Source of the DNA: an uncultured Saprospiraceae bacterium
GTDB lineage: Bacteria; Bacteroidota; Bacteroidia; Chitinophagales; Saprospiraceae
Direction: 5' to 3'
DNA: 34,529 bases
Assembly (NCBI GenBank): GCA_964481325.1
Contig: CAYZUW010000002.1
Coordinates: 1-34,529 of the forward strand
Shown: in pieces, positions 17,634 to 29,000 of the stretch
Layout: each line of letters begins with the position of its first letter
Position numbering within the stretch: the first letter of the stretch is position 1
Program-made: the position numbers and the translations under genes
Notes under the pieces: generated by a model
What the model was told of the DNA's origin: nothing
The model's database searches: none
What the model saw: the letters and a program-made list of their open reading frames with translations, nothing else

Positions 17634-20105
17634 ATGGCAAGATCTAGGAAGAAGAAGAAAAGTAATCAGCTAAGTTTTGATTTTCTTAAAGATGAGCGTT
17701 TCCCAAAATTATTTGGGTTATTCTGTCTATTTGCAGCTATATATCTAAGTATAGCCTTCATTTCGTATTTATTCACATGGAAGGCTGACCAAGCCTACGT
17801 TTTCAACGCAGGCTTTGGTGCGGTAAATGGAAATACGACCTATGAGATAGCCAACTGGCTTGGAAAACTAGGAGCGACTGTTTCCAACTTCTTTTTTTAC
17901 GTCATATTTGGTCTCCCTTCCTTTGGGATTATTTATATCCTGAGTCTAGTGGGGATATCAAAAATACGTAACTACCCTCTTCAACATTATCGAAAGGATA
18001 TTTCATATGCTTTCATTGGGATTCTCTTCTTATCTGTTTTGCTTGGGTTTTTCTGCATCAATATGGCTTTCCCATACGGAGGTGGCTTTGGAAAAAGTAT
18101 TTCAACTTGGTTGATTGATATTGTTGGTGAAGCAGGAGTATATGTCCTTTTAATTACCCTATTAGGTGCAGCCATAATCTGGGCTATCAACCCCAACTTT
18201 AATGACTTCACGCTTAGAGAATATACCTTTCAAGCAGAAGCTAACTTCAACGATTTTGTAGCAAGAATTTTTCCGTCGAAAGCAAAAAGAACTAAAAAGA
18301 CGCAAGCCAATTTAGGGGTATTAGATAGCCCGTCTATTGATCCTGAGGGCTGGAGTTTTCCAAAGAAAGATCTAAATACGCCAGAGACTGCAAATATGCG
18401 CCCTGCAAATCAAGCGAAGGCAGAGCCAGAACAACTAGAGCTCGAAATTGGTGTTCCTCAAGTACAAGTATCAGGGGGTGGTTTTGACACACCACTTGAA
18501 ATCGAAGAACCTGCTGGTGCCAAGCCGTCAGCTGCACTTACTCCAGAAGACATGGAGATTACAGAGGATAGCACATTAGAAACTGAATTATATGATCCTA
18601 CATTGGATTTGCGTAACTATGTGCCACCTGGCCTAGACCTCCTCATAGACTACAGTGACGGGAACATCGAGATGGATCGTGCGGAACTAGAAAGAAACAA
18701 GGATCAGATTATCGAGACCTTAGCAAATTACAAAATAGAGATTGTCAAGATTAAGGCGACTATAGGACCAACTGTAACCCTTTATGAAATAATACCTGCT
18801 CCAGGTGTGCGGATATCCAAAATAAGGAATCTTGAGGACGATATAGCATTGAGTTTATCTGCCTTAGGCATACGTATTATTGCACCAATACCAGGTAAAG
18901 GGACCGTTGGTATCGAAGTGCCAAACTCTCACAAACAAACCGTATCACTCAAAGAAGTTTTAGCTTCCGATAGATTCAGGTCAGCAAAAATGGAATTGCC
19001 CATCGCATTGGGTAAAACCATTTCGAATGAAGTATTTGTAGCAGATTTAGCCAAAATGCCTCACCTACTCATAGCGGGTGCTACTGGACAAGGTAAGTCT
19101 GTTGGTATCAATACCATTTTGATGTCTTTGCTATACAATAAGCATCCTTCACAAGTGAAGTTGGTCTTAATAGATCCTAAAAAGGTAGAGCTTTTTCCAT
19201 ATGCTGCGATTGAGGACTATTTCCTAACCTCTCCTCCCGCTCAAGAGGAGCCAATAGTCACGGATACTAAGAAAGTAGTAGCCACATTAAATTCTCTTCT
19301 GATAGAGATGGAAGAGAGATACAACTTGCTTAAAAAGGCTAAGGTTAGACATATCACGGACTATAATCAAAAGTTTACCGAGCGTAAGCTGAATCCTAAT
19401 AAGGGACACAAATTCCTTCCGTATATAGTATTAGTCATTGATGAATTCGCCGATTTGATTATGACGGCTGGTAAAGAAGTGGAGAACCCAATCGCCAGAT
19501 TAGCTCAACTTTCTAGAGCGGTAGGAATACACCTAATCATTGCTACACAAAGACCATCGGTAAATATTATTACGGGTGTAATTAAGGCTAACTTCCCTGC
19601 TCGTATCGCCTTCAAGGTAACAGCGATGGTAGATTCTAAAACCATTTTGGATACACCTGGTGCAGAAAGATTAGTAGGTAGAGGAGATATGCTTTTATCT
19701 TATGGTGCAGATGTAGTGAGACTACAATGTGCATTTATTGATACCCCAGAAGTAGAAAAAGTAATTAGTCATATCGAAGAACAACCTAGTCATCCTAGAC
19801 CCTATTATCTTCCGGAATTTCATTCTGACGATGACGAAATTAGCGGGGGTGCAGGGCTAAAGTTTTCTGATTTAGACAGCTTGTTTGATGACGCCGCAAA
19901 GCTTGTCGTAACCCAAGGAATAGGTAGTACGTCTATGCTACAACGCCGAATGAAACTAGGCTATAATAGAGCAGGACGGATTATGGACCAATTAGAAGCA
20001 CTCAATATAGTTGGCCCCTCTGCAGGTAGTAAAGCCAGAGAGGTTTATGTCCATGACCTTGTTGAGTTGGAACGGTTATTGGAAGATTTAAAGAGTAGGA
20101 AATAG
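17634..20105 (+). CDS. ftsK: DNA translocase FtsK/SpoIIIE
   Basis: 823 aa. N-terminal TM segments and a Pro/Glu-rich linker. Walker A GATGQGKS, Walker B LVIDEFADL, ATQRPS. C-terminal gamma winged-helix (SMLQRRMKLGYNRAGRIMDQLE). Confidence 0.95.
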   Translation: MARSRKKKKSNQLSFDFLKDERFPKLFGLFCLFAAIYLSIAFISYLFTWKADQAYVFNAGFGAVNGNTTYEIANWLGKLGATVSNFFFYVIFGLPSFGIIYILSLVGISKIRNYPLQHYRKDISYAFIGILFLSVLLGFFCINMAFPYGGGFGKSISTWLIDIVGEAGVYVLLITLLGAAIIWAINPNFNDFTLREYTFQAEANFNDFVARIFPSKAKRTKKTQANLGVLDSPSIDPEGWSFPKKDLNTPETANMRPANQAKAEPEQLELEIGVPQVQVSGGGFDTPLEIEEPAGAKPSAALTPEDMEITEDSTLETELYDPTLDLRNYVPPGLDLLIDYSDGNIEMDRAELERNKDQIIETLANYKIEIVKIKATIGPTVTLYEIIPAPGVRISKIRNLEDDIALSLSALGIRIIAPIPGKGTVGIEVPNSHKQTVSLKEVLASDRFRSAKMELPIALGKTISNEVFVADLAKMPHLLIAGATGQGKSVGINTILMSLLYNKHPSQVKLVLIDPKKVELFPYAAIEDYFLTSPPAQEEPIVTDTKKVVATLNSLLIEMEERYNLLKKAKVRHITDYNQKFTERKLNPNKGHKFLPYIVLVIDEFADLIMTAGKEVENPIARLAQLSRAVGIHLIIATQRPSVNIITGVIKANFPARIAFKVTAMVDSKTILDTPGAERLVGRGDMLLSYGADVVRLQCAFIDTPEVEKVISHIEEQPSHPRPYYLPEFHSDDDEISGGAGLKFSDLDSLFDDAAKLVVTQGIGSTSMLQRRMKLGYNRAGRIMDQLEALNIVGPSAGSKAREVYVHDLVELERLLEDLKSRK

Positions 20106-20136
20106 GAGGCATTCCGCGAAAGCGGAGGTCATATTG

Positions 20137-20178
20137 AACCCGACGAATATCTTCGCGATGATCGTTGGGTTTTTTATT
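20137..20178 (+). terminator. Rho-independent terminator of ftsK
   Basis: 10-bp stem aacccgacga (20137-46) / tcgttgggtt (20162-71, one G-U pair) followed by tttttatt. Confidence 0.65.
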
Positions 20179-20469
20179 GCGCTATTTTCAGCATAGCATA
20201 TTCAACTAGTATGTATTCAAGATATAATACATATAAAATAATTTATATATTAGAATTTCACATCTAGCTCCTTCCACCCAACAGTTTCTCAAGTACTCTT
20301 AAAATACTATAAAACAGCATTTTATATAACACTATAATTACAGATTCTTTCATTTTATTCACAGTCCTGGAAGGTTTTTTTGAAGAAATTTGAAAAATAA
20401 TTTATACTTCATTTTATTCTTTTTAATTAATTAAAATCGGACTTGATTGAAAATGTCTTCTCCTTTTTT

Positions 20470-20610
20470 GTGTGAGCGGTAGGAATGGTGCTGACGATAG
20501 GAAGCAGTCCCGACTGGAGCATAGCGGAATGTCGGGACGGGAGTGAACACGGACCCATGGATGACGCGACCCGTATCGACACATTTTCAGTGGAGATAAA
20601 GGGGCACACC
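20470..20610. other. GC-rich structured intergenic island A (REP-like element or small RNA candidate)
   Basis: 79 G+C in the 140 nt at 20471-20610 (56%, hand count), between AT-rich flanks. Perfect 8-bp hairpin gtcccgac (20507-14) / gtcgggac (20531-38). Shares collinear motifs with island B at 30181-30552. Confidence 0.5.
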
Positions 20611-20638
20611 CAAATTAAAAATCATAAATAGTTTACCC

Positions 20639-22771
20639 CTACCCTCTTTGGTGATAGGCTAAAGCAAATTTGATTTTAGTGTAAGATATTTTTTCTTCGA
20701 AGGCTTCGAAAATAGGTTTTAACGTGATTGGCGGGTCCATCTTTTTAGCAAAGTCAATAACTAGATTCAGTTCGGACTGTGACACGAACTGAAAAATATC
20801 AATATCTTCTCCACCGGCATATAATGAACTCAAATGTGAGTAGATAGTATTCTCATTCAGGCCTCTTTTTTGTGCTATTATTTCCACACTTAGACCTTGC
20901 TGATGCATCTCTAAGGTTTGCATAAATGTAGCCCCCTTTACTTGGCTTCCACTCTTTGCTTTTTCTAAAACGTACTTTTTTATTTCCTCTTTAAACGCTT
21001 CACCATAAAGACTCAATTTTCGTTCGCCCATACCGGGTATCTGAAGTAACTCTGGATCCGAAGTAGGCTTATGCTCACTCATTGCATGCAAAGCTGTATC
21101 CGCAAAAATAATATAAGGGGGCACCCCTTTGGCTTTGGCCAATTTTGAACGAAGAACACGTAATCTTTCAAACAATTCATCTTTGATACGTTCTTTACTC
21201 GTCTTTTTCTTAGATGCTTTATTAGCCTCCTTCTCTCGTTCCAACTTTCTTTCCAGACTCGCTAACTTTACAGGTGCTTTTCCATAGAGTACGTCATTTC
21301 CCAGATCCGTGATGCGAACAACATTATAATCATCATAGGCTATTTCAAAGATTCCGAGATTAACCATTTGCTGGATAAAGTATTGCCACTCTCGCTGACC
21401 ATGCTCCCTACCCGCTCCGTAGGTTTTTATCTTGTTGTATCCCCGCTCAAAGATTTCTCTTTTACCCGATCCTCTCAAAACATCAATAAGGACATTAGCA
21501 CTTACTCGTTGGTTTAATCTAGCCGCCGCTGATAAAGCCTTTTGAGCAGTAACAGTGCCATCAATATATTGAGGTGGGTTCTTGCATACGTCACATGCAC
21601 CACAATCTTTATCCACCTGTTCTCCAAAATAGTTTAGCAACATCCTACGCCTACAAGACAACGCTTCTGCATACTGCTGCATTCTATCCAACTTGCTCAA
21701 CTTGAGTTCCAATTGTGGGCCACCATTGCTATTAAAAATGTCTCTAAACACCGCGACATCTCTAAAGCTATAGAACAAAATCGTTTCCGCCTTACTACCA
21801 TCTCTTCCTGCACGACCAATCTCTTGGTAGTAGCCTTCTATATTCTGTGGCAAATTATGATGAATAACCCAGCGTACATTGGACTTATCTATCCCCATCC
21901 CAAACGCTACCGTAGCACAAACGACCAAGATTTCATCATTGATAAAATCTTCTTGGACTTTGGCTCGCACATCATCAGACATCCCTGCATGGTAACACAT
22001 CGCCTTGACTCCTTTTGCTTGGAGCTTGCTAGAAACGTCCTCCGTATTCTTTCTACTCAAGCAATATATGATGCCTGCTTTATTGGGTCTTTCCTGAATA
22101 AAATCTACAATCTGTTCTATCTTTTTTTGTCCAGGTCTTGCCTCTAAAAAAATATTTGGTCGATCAAAAGAGGCAATAAAGGAAGCAGGATCTACTAGAG
22201 CTAATTGTTCGACAATATCCTTTCTCGTGATTCTGTCTGCAGTAGCAGTCAGTGCTATGACTGGAGTATTTGGAAATCTAGTTTTTAGCAATTTCAAACG
22301 AGTGTATTCTGGTCTAAAATCGTGTCCCCATGAGGAGATACAATGTGCCTCATCAATAGCAAATAAACTTATATCTAATTGACTAATCGCTGACATGAAA
22401 GCTTCGCCAGCTAATTTCTCCGGAGAAACATATAGGAGCTTGAGGTTGCCATTGAATAAGGCGGACTCCACAGTTCTTTGTTCCGAACTATTCATAGAGC
22501 TATTGAGAAAAGCAGCCGTAATCCCAATGGCTCGCAGTGCCTCCACCTGATCCTTCATCAAGGATATAAGAGGTGAGACAACTATACAGGTGCCCTCAAG
22601 CATCATAGCCGGGATCTGATAGCAAACTGATTTTCCTCCTCCTGTAGGCATCAATACTACGGTATCCTTTCCAGACAAAACTTTTTCGATAATCTCTTTT
22701 TGCTGGGCTCTAAACGAACTATATCCGTAATATTTTTGCAGTATTAATTCCGGGGACATGGATTCTCTCAT
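20639..22771 (-). CDS. recQ: ATP-dependent DNA helicase RecQ
   Basis: 710 aa. Walker A MPTGGGKS, DEAH box AIDEAHCISSWGHDFRPEY, zinc-binding CGACDVC, an HRDC region, and an extra C-terminal HTH-like domain typical of Bacteroidota RecQ. Confidence 0.95.
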   Translation of the reverse strand: MRESMSPELILQKYYGYSSFRAQQKEIIEKVLSGKDTVVLMPTGGGKSVCYQIPAMMLEGTCIVVSPLISLMKDQVEALRAIGITAAFLNSSMNSSEQRTVESALFNGNLKLLYVSPEKLAGEAFMSAISQLDISLFAIDEAHCISSWGHDFRPEYTRLKLLKTRFPNTPVIALTATADRITRKDIVEQLALVDPASFIASFDRPNIFLEARPGQKKIEQIVDFIQERPNKAGIIYCLSRKNTEDVSSKLQAKGVKAMCYHAGMSDDVRAKVQEDFINDEILVVCATVAFGMGIDKSNVRWVIHHNLPQNIEGYYQEIGRAGRDGSKAETILFYSFRDVAVFRDIFNSNGGPQLELKLSKLDRMQQYAEALSCRRRMLLNYFGEQVDKDCGACDVCKNPPQYIDGTVTAQKALSAAARLNQRVSANVLIDVLRGSGKREIFERGYNKIKTYGAGREHGQREWQYFIQQMVNLGIFEIAYDDYNVVRITDLGNDVLYGKAPVKLASLERKLEREKEANKASKKKTSKERIKDELFERLRVLRSKLAKAKGVPPYIIFADTALHAMSEHKPTSDPELLQIPGMGERKLSLYGEAFKEEIKKYVLEKAKSGSQVKGATFMQTLEMHQQGLSVEIIAQKRGLNENTIYSHLSSLYAGGEDIDIFQFVSQSELNLVIDFAKKMDPPITLKPIFEAFEEKISYTKIKFALAYHQRG

Positions 22772-23086
22772 AGACCACTAAGATACAAATTTCTATCCGT
22801 CAGAAAATATTACAGTTGTTTTAAAATTATGGATTTTAGTGGAAACTATCCTTCCTACTTACAAGGCTCAACTGTCACTACATATAATTTACCCCTCCTG
22901 AAACAGTCCTTTAAGATAACAAATAGGCTGAGATAGATCAAAAGGCGATATAAAAAAGCAAAAGTTAAGTGAAATACAATATAATCAACTATATTGTTAG
23001 ACACTAAAGTAAGGACCGTAATATTTTATAATTGGCCATTTACGAACATATTGTTATGCAGTTCGAATGGTAACAAAATAATTGCT

Positions 23087-26000
23087 TTGAAACAAACACT
23101 CTACTTCCTATTTTTTTCACTTTCAATATTGTTTGCCGTTGATGCCAATGCTCAGGGTGGAGGCTGCGGCTGTACCAATTGCCCTCAATTTATGCCTGAT
23201 AATTTTCGAGGGGATTTCCTTATCAATGTGATGGGCGCTACAAACAATGACTTGGCTGATCCTGCTCAAGGTGTTTGTGAGGTAAGACTTACTTTTGATC
23301 ATCAATATATTGGCGATTTGGCGATATTACTAACTTCTCCATCAGGACAGACGATTACATTGGTTGGTCCAATAGGATTGTTTGGCGAATCAGACTTATC
23401 TACCTGGGATGTTTCATTTATCCCATGCTCTGACACACCAGTACCCGATGGAGGACCTGGGATTTGGAATAATAACAATGTGACAATACAAGGATTTGAT
23501 TTTACGGGATCCTATCATCCCAATCAAGGCTGTCTAGAAGATTTTGATATGGGGGACGTAAATGGCACTTGGATATTGGAGGTGATAGATGGACAACCTG
23601 TAGATGTTGGTACGTTCATAGATTACGAGATTATATTCTGTGAAGACGATGGCATCAATTGCAACTCTAACCCATGTGGTGTTTTTGCCAATGCGGAGGC
23701 GCCCAGTTTTGCATGTATGGGAGACACCGTAGTTATCGATGCTAGTGGATCTAATGGAAACACCTTTGTGTGGGGTACTGACGATGGTAATTTTGCAGGA
23801 ACACCAAGTGGTCCTATAGTAGAAATTACTTCTTCTGGCACCTACTTTGTAACCGTTTCCGACAACGGGGCTTGCCCAGACGTAGCGACTATCATATTCA
23901 ACACGGTACCAGAAGTTCCAACAGCGGACATTACACTCTCAGGAGTACTAGATTGCAACAATCCTGAAATAACCTTACAAGGATCTACAGACCAAGAAGA
24001 AAATGTATTTGTAACTTGGGTAGCAGGTGCAGAAGTTGATCCTGACAATTTTAATCCACTAGGCATGGAATTAGATTTAGATATTGATGAACCAGGGATC
24101 TATACCTTGGTGATCATCAATACAGAAAGTGCTTGCTCGCAAACTGCTACCATTGAAGTAGAAGACGAGTCAGTATTGCCTGTCATATCCGCGGTAGCTA
24201 CCGATACCATTTCTTGTACAAATGATACTATTTCTATCACTGGTGAATCTGATCTTGATGATTCTGTTTTTGAATGGACAGGACCTGATGGATTCAATAG
24301 CTCTGAAGCTACACCCGAAATAATAAATGGAGGAGTTTACAGTCTTACAGTTACAGCACCCAATGGATGTGTTGATTCTTTGGAACTTACTATTGAAACG
24401 GATACAATCCCACCTGACTTCTCAATAAGTTCAACAAATGAATTGGACTGTACCGAAACGTCAAGTACACTTAGTGTTTCTACACAAGATAGCTTAGGCT
24501 TGCTGTCATGGACTGGACCAGGTGGATTTTCCTCAAATGAGAACAATCCGGAAATAACGCAAGGAGGAATCTACACGTTGGTAGCCAGTTCTGAAAACGG
24601 TTGTACTTCAGAAAGTACAATTGAAGTTATGCAAACGGCGGATGTACCAGATATAGATATTGTTGAAGATGGAACTATTGATTGCAACAATCCAGCGTAT
24701 GAATTGCTAGGATTCTCAACAACTCCTGGCACGACTTTCGAATGGACGGGACCTAATGGTTTTAATTCTGATCAGGCCAATCCTGGAATGGTGACAGATA
24801 CAGGTACATACGTGTTTACCGTTACTGCACCTAATGGATGTAGTATTATGAATGCATTATTCATCAGCGCTGATACGCTAAGGCCTACCCTAAGTTTAAC
24901 TGCACCAGAAGTATTAGGCTGCGATAATATGACAACCACCTTATTGGGTGCTCCTACAGATACTAGTTTCACCTATATATGGTCAGGACCAAATGGGCAG
25001 ACTTTTATAGATGCTGAGCCAACTGTGGAGGGGCCAGGGAACTACGACCTTATTGTCACTGGTGAAAATGGGTGCACCAATTCATTTTCTATAGAAGTTC
25101 TTATTGATGATACAGCTCCAGCTTTGGATGTTTCTGTAAACCCAACTGATATATTGACCTGTAATGTATCAGAAATTTCACTCATCAATACATCTGATCC
25201 CAGCAACGACTATACATGGACAGGTCCCAATGGTTTTTCTTCTTTTGATTTAGAACCTCTTGTGAATGAAGCTGGCACATATACTGTCATTGTCACTGGT
25301 CCGAACGGTTGTACAAGTATGGATATGGTTCAAGTAGCTATTGATACACTTAGTCCTGATATCAATTTTACTTCTGCAGAGCTTACTTGTTCGGAAAGTG
25401 TCGTTTCTATCGGTGTCAGTTCTTCTGCAAATATTATTGATTATGCATGGACTGGTGTGGGAGGATATACTTCTACGGAGCAGAATCCAAGTGATATAAC
25501 AGAAGGAGGCATGTATACCGCAGTGATTACTGCAGAAAATGGATGTACGAATAGCGTCACCTTTGATGTGGCAGCAAGTATCGATATGCCTGATGGCGAA
25601 ATAGCTGCAGCCGATGGAAACGCACTAAGTTGTGCGCTCACAGAATTGACTTTAAATGCAGAAGGGGTCACCCCTGGAAGCACATTGACTTGGCTAGATC
25701 CAAACGGCAATGCTTTATCAACTGAAACAGAAATCATGGCAGATGAAACGGGATTGTATTCTTTAATCATTACTGGTCCAAATGGATGTCCACGTACAGT
25801 TGATTTTATGATTAATGAAGATATGGATGGACCAGAAGTCATAGACAATCCTAGCGTCGATTTGTTATGCCTTGGTGATGTGTCCTTATCTGTTAGTTCA
25901 AACGAGAATATAGTTAGCTATGCATGGACAGGTCCCAATGATTTTAGCTCTAACAATCCAAATCCAATTGTAGATGCAGATGGTTCTTATACTGTTGTAT

Positions 26001-29000
26001 TGACGGGTGATAACGGTTGCACGAGTACAACTTTGGTGGAAGTAGTGGATAGACAAGAAATGCCAAGCATATTTGTAGACCCCACCCAGACTCTAGTTTG
26101 TGGAGTGGATCAATTGACAATAAATGGTAGCTCAAATGAGCCAAATGTGATGTATACTTGGACAACTCCAAATGGGAGTATAGTTGGGGATATCAACAAC
26201 TCGTCTCTTGATTTAAATTCTCAAGGGACGTATGTATTGACTATAACTAATTTAGATAATGGTTGTGAAGCTTCAGCAGAAGTAATAGTAGAACAAGATA
26301 ACAACACTCCAACTGCTGATATAGTAGCTGTGGAATCTCTTACACTGGATTGTAATGTAGAGTCCATCACGCTAGATGCGGCTGGTTCGGATAATGGTGC
26401 TGGCTTTTCATTTGCTTGGGGCAATGCAGGAGGAACGCCTATCGACGCGGAAACAAACCTTCAAACGACTATCACAGAACAAGGCACGTACTTTATAACA
26501 GTTACCAATGACATGAATCAATGCACCTCTATTGCAAGTGTAACTATTGATCGAGATGTTGAAGTTCCAGCTTTAGAGCTAAGCCCTTTAGAAGAATTGA
26601 ACTGTAATGTTACGACATTAGGTATCGAAAATATAGCCGCTAACTCGGTCAATACATTACAGTACGATTGGAGCACAGTGAATGGAGGGAATATCACTTC
26701 TCCCACAGATATGAGTAGCATAGAAGTAGATATGCCAGGAAGCTACGCTGTAGTACTAACTAATCCAGATAATGGGTGTACTAATGAAATTCCATTTGAG
26801 GTTACGCAAAATATTCAAACGCCTGAAGTGAGTGCAGGGCAAAATGCTACCCTTGACTGTGGTGTAATTTCTATATTACTAGGAGGTTCATTAAACTCTA
26901 ATGAAACAAACATAGATATTAGTTGGACTTCTGATAATGGAAATATCATTAACGGGGGGGACACTTTCAATCCGGAGGTTAATGCAGCAGGAACCTATAC
27001 ACTAACGGTAATTAATAATGAAAATGGGTGTTCGAATGAAAGTCAAGTTACAATAGAACCTAATTTGGATCTGCCCGTCATAGAGTTTGCCAATACAAAT
27101 GACTTCACATGTGGCACTACGAGTATTGTATTAGATGCGGGTGCTTCCACTAGTGGACCTGGAATCAATTATAGTTGGACTAGTACGACAGGAGCAAATA
27201 TATTTGGTGCAGACGGACCCAACCCAGAAATTTTCGAACCAGGGGAATATATCTTGACCATTTCAAATACTAACAACAACTGTGAAAGTACGAATACGAT
27301 TACTATTGGTGCAGACACACTCTCCCCTATGGTAATTGTTGATGTGGCGGATAATCTGAGTTGTACTGTAAATGAGGTTGAACTTTCTATTCTCTCTGAT
27401 ATAAGCAATTTAAATATCGAGTGGACGGCATTGACCGGAAATATTCTAAGTGGAGAAAATACAGCGACACCAAGCATTGATCAAGCAGGAAACTATGAAG
27501 TTGTTGTGACCTCTACGGAAAATCAATGTACTGCATCGGCTGTTGTGGAAGTTAATCTCGATGACAATACCCCCACTGTAGATATTGCAGTGCCAGAAGA
27601 GTTAAATTGTATCCAAACTCAAATCACTTTAGATGCTGGCCTTTCTTCCCAAGGGAGCAATATTTCAATCCTCTGGGAAAATGAAAATGGAAACTTTGTA
27701 TCTGGTGAGAATGGATTAAATCCGGTAGTAGACATGCCTGGAATGTACACCTTAAACATTATAGATTCTGATAATGGCTGCGAAGTATCACAATCTGTGG
27801 TCGTCACTGAAAATACAGTATTGCCTGAAGTGAATATAGATTCACCAAGTATGCTCAATTGCAACACCCTCTCGACTACTATTCAGGCTATTAATATGGG
27901 AGGCAGTACTTATGAATATGAATGGCAAACAACAGATGGAAATATCTTGAATGGTGCAAGTACATTGAACCCTGAAATAGACGAGGAAGGGAATTATCAG
28001 TTGACTGCAACAGATACAGAAAATGGATGTGTCACTACTTTCGATATTATGGTACAGCAAGATATCATTCCTCCAACTGTTATAGTTGGTGACGCCTTAA
28101 ATCTTACCTGTGAAAACCCCATCGCGCTGGCTAGCGGATTAGGCTCAAGCGAGGGTACGGAATTCATTTATACTTGGACAGACGCTAATAATATGGAAAT
28201 TGCTTCTACACTGGAGACCTCTTTTGATATAGCTGGTACTTATATTTTAGAAATATTAAATACTAGTAATGGTTGTTCTGAAACTGCAACACTTTTAGTT
28301 GATGACCTAAAGCAAACACCAGAGGTAGTAGTGGCAACGCCAGAGACAATTACTTGTGATGTACCTACTATTTCTCTTTCTGCACAAGATATGAACAACG
28401 AGAATCTTGAATATACTTGGATGGATGAGAATGGTAATGTAGTAAATAACAGTACTGCAGATTTTGAAATAGATGTTGATTTATCTGGACCGTACAGTGT
28501 GCTTATTGTAAATCCACTGAATGGATGTGATACAATCATAAGTGTATTTGTTGATGCGAACACTACCGAACCAGTAGTCGATGTTTCAGCTAGCAATGCT
28601 GGAGAAATTTCCTGTGACAATCCAACGGTAATGTTAACGGGTACAATTGCAGGATTGAATCAGAATGAGGTAAGCTTTGTCTGGCAAACTCTTGGTGGAA
28701 ATATAGTAAGTGGAGAGAACACCCTCACTCCTATTGTGAATGTACAAGGAACTTATCAATTAATGGTAATTGACTTAAATAATGGATGTAGCAATCTATC
28801 TGAAGTGAATATTACACAAGATGATTCTGTCCCGCTAGCGAGTTTAAATGAGCCTCAAGAACTAAATTGTGAGGTGCTAGAGACTACTTTAACTTTCCCT
28901 GACAATGGAGGGAATATAGATATCGTTTGGGCCTTGAATGGTAGCCCTATCCCAAATGCAAATACAAACGAATTGTTAGTCACTACCCCAGGAGACTATT

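Noticed and set aside
20210-20233. tatgtatt-N8-aatacata palindrome just downstream of ftsK (dif/Xer-site-like idea)
   Set aside because: The arms are only 8 bp and pure AT-rich. The spacer is 8 nt rather than 6, and it does not resemble known dif consensus halves. Proximity to ftsK has no mechanistic meaning for dif location.
20492-20512. aggaagcag segment resembling the SRP RNA helix-8 core (GGAAGCAGC)
   Set aside because: The flanking sequence lacks the GNRA tetraloop hairpin and the complementary 3' strand of SRP domain IV. I also found no RNase P (GGAAAGUCCGG), tmRNA or B12-box signatures in either island.
20427-20609. 60-aa minus-strand ORF covering GC-rich island A
   Set aside because: No recognisable protein features, and its composition is driven by the palindromic GC-rich element. 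It lies between two convergent 3' ends with no promoter-like box. Treated as non-coding.
23055-23075. gcagttcgaatggt resembling a tRNA T-loop (GTTCGAAT)
   Set aside because: No flanking T-stem complementarity, acceptor stem or anticodon arm. It lies in the 5' leader or N-terminal extension of the adhesin ORF.
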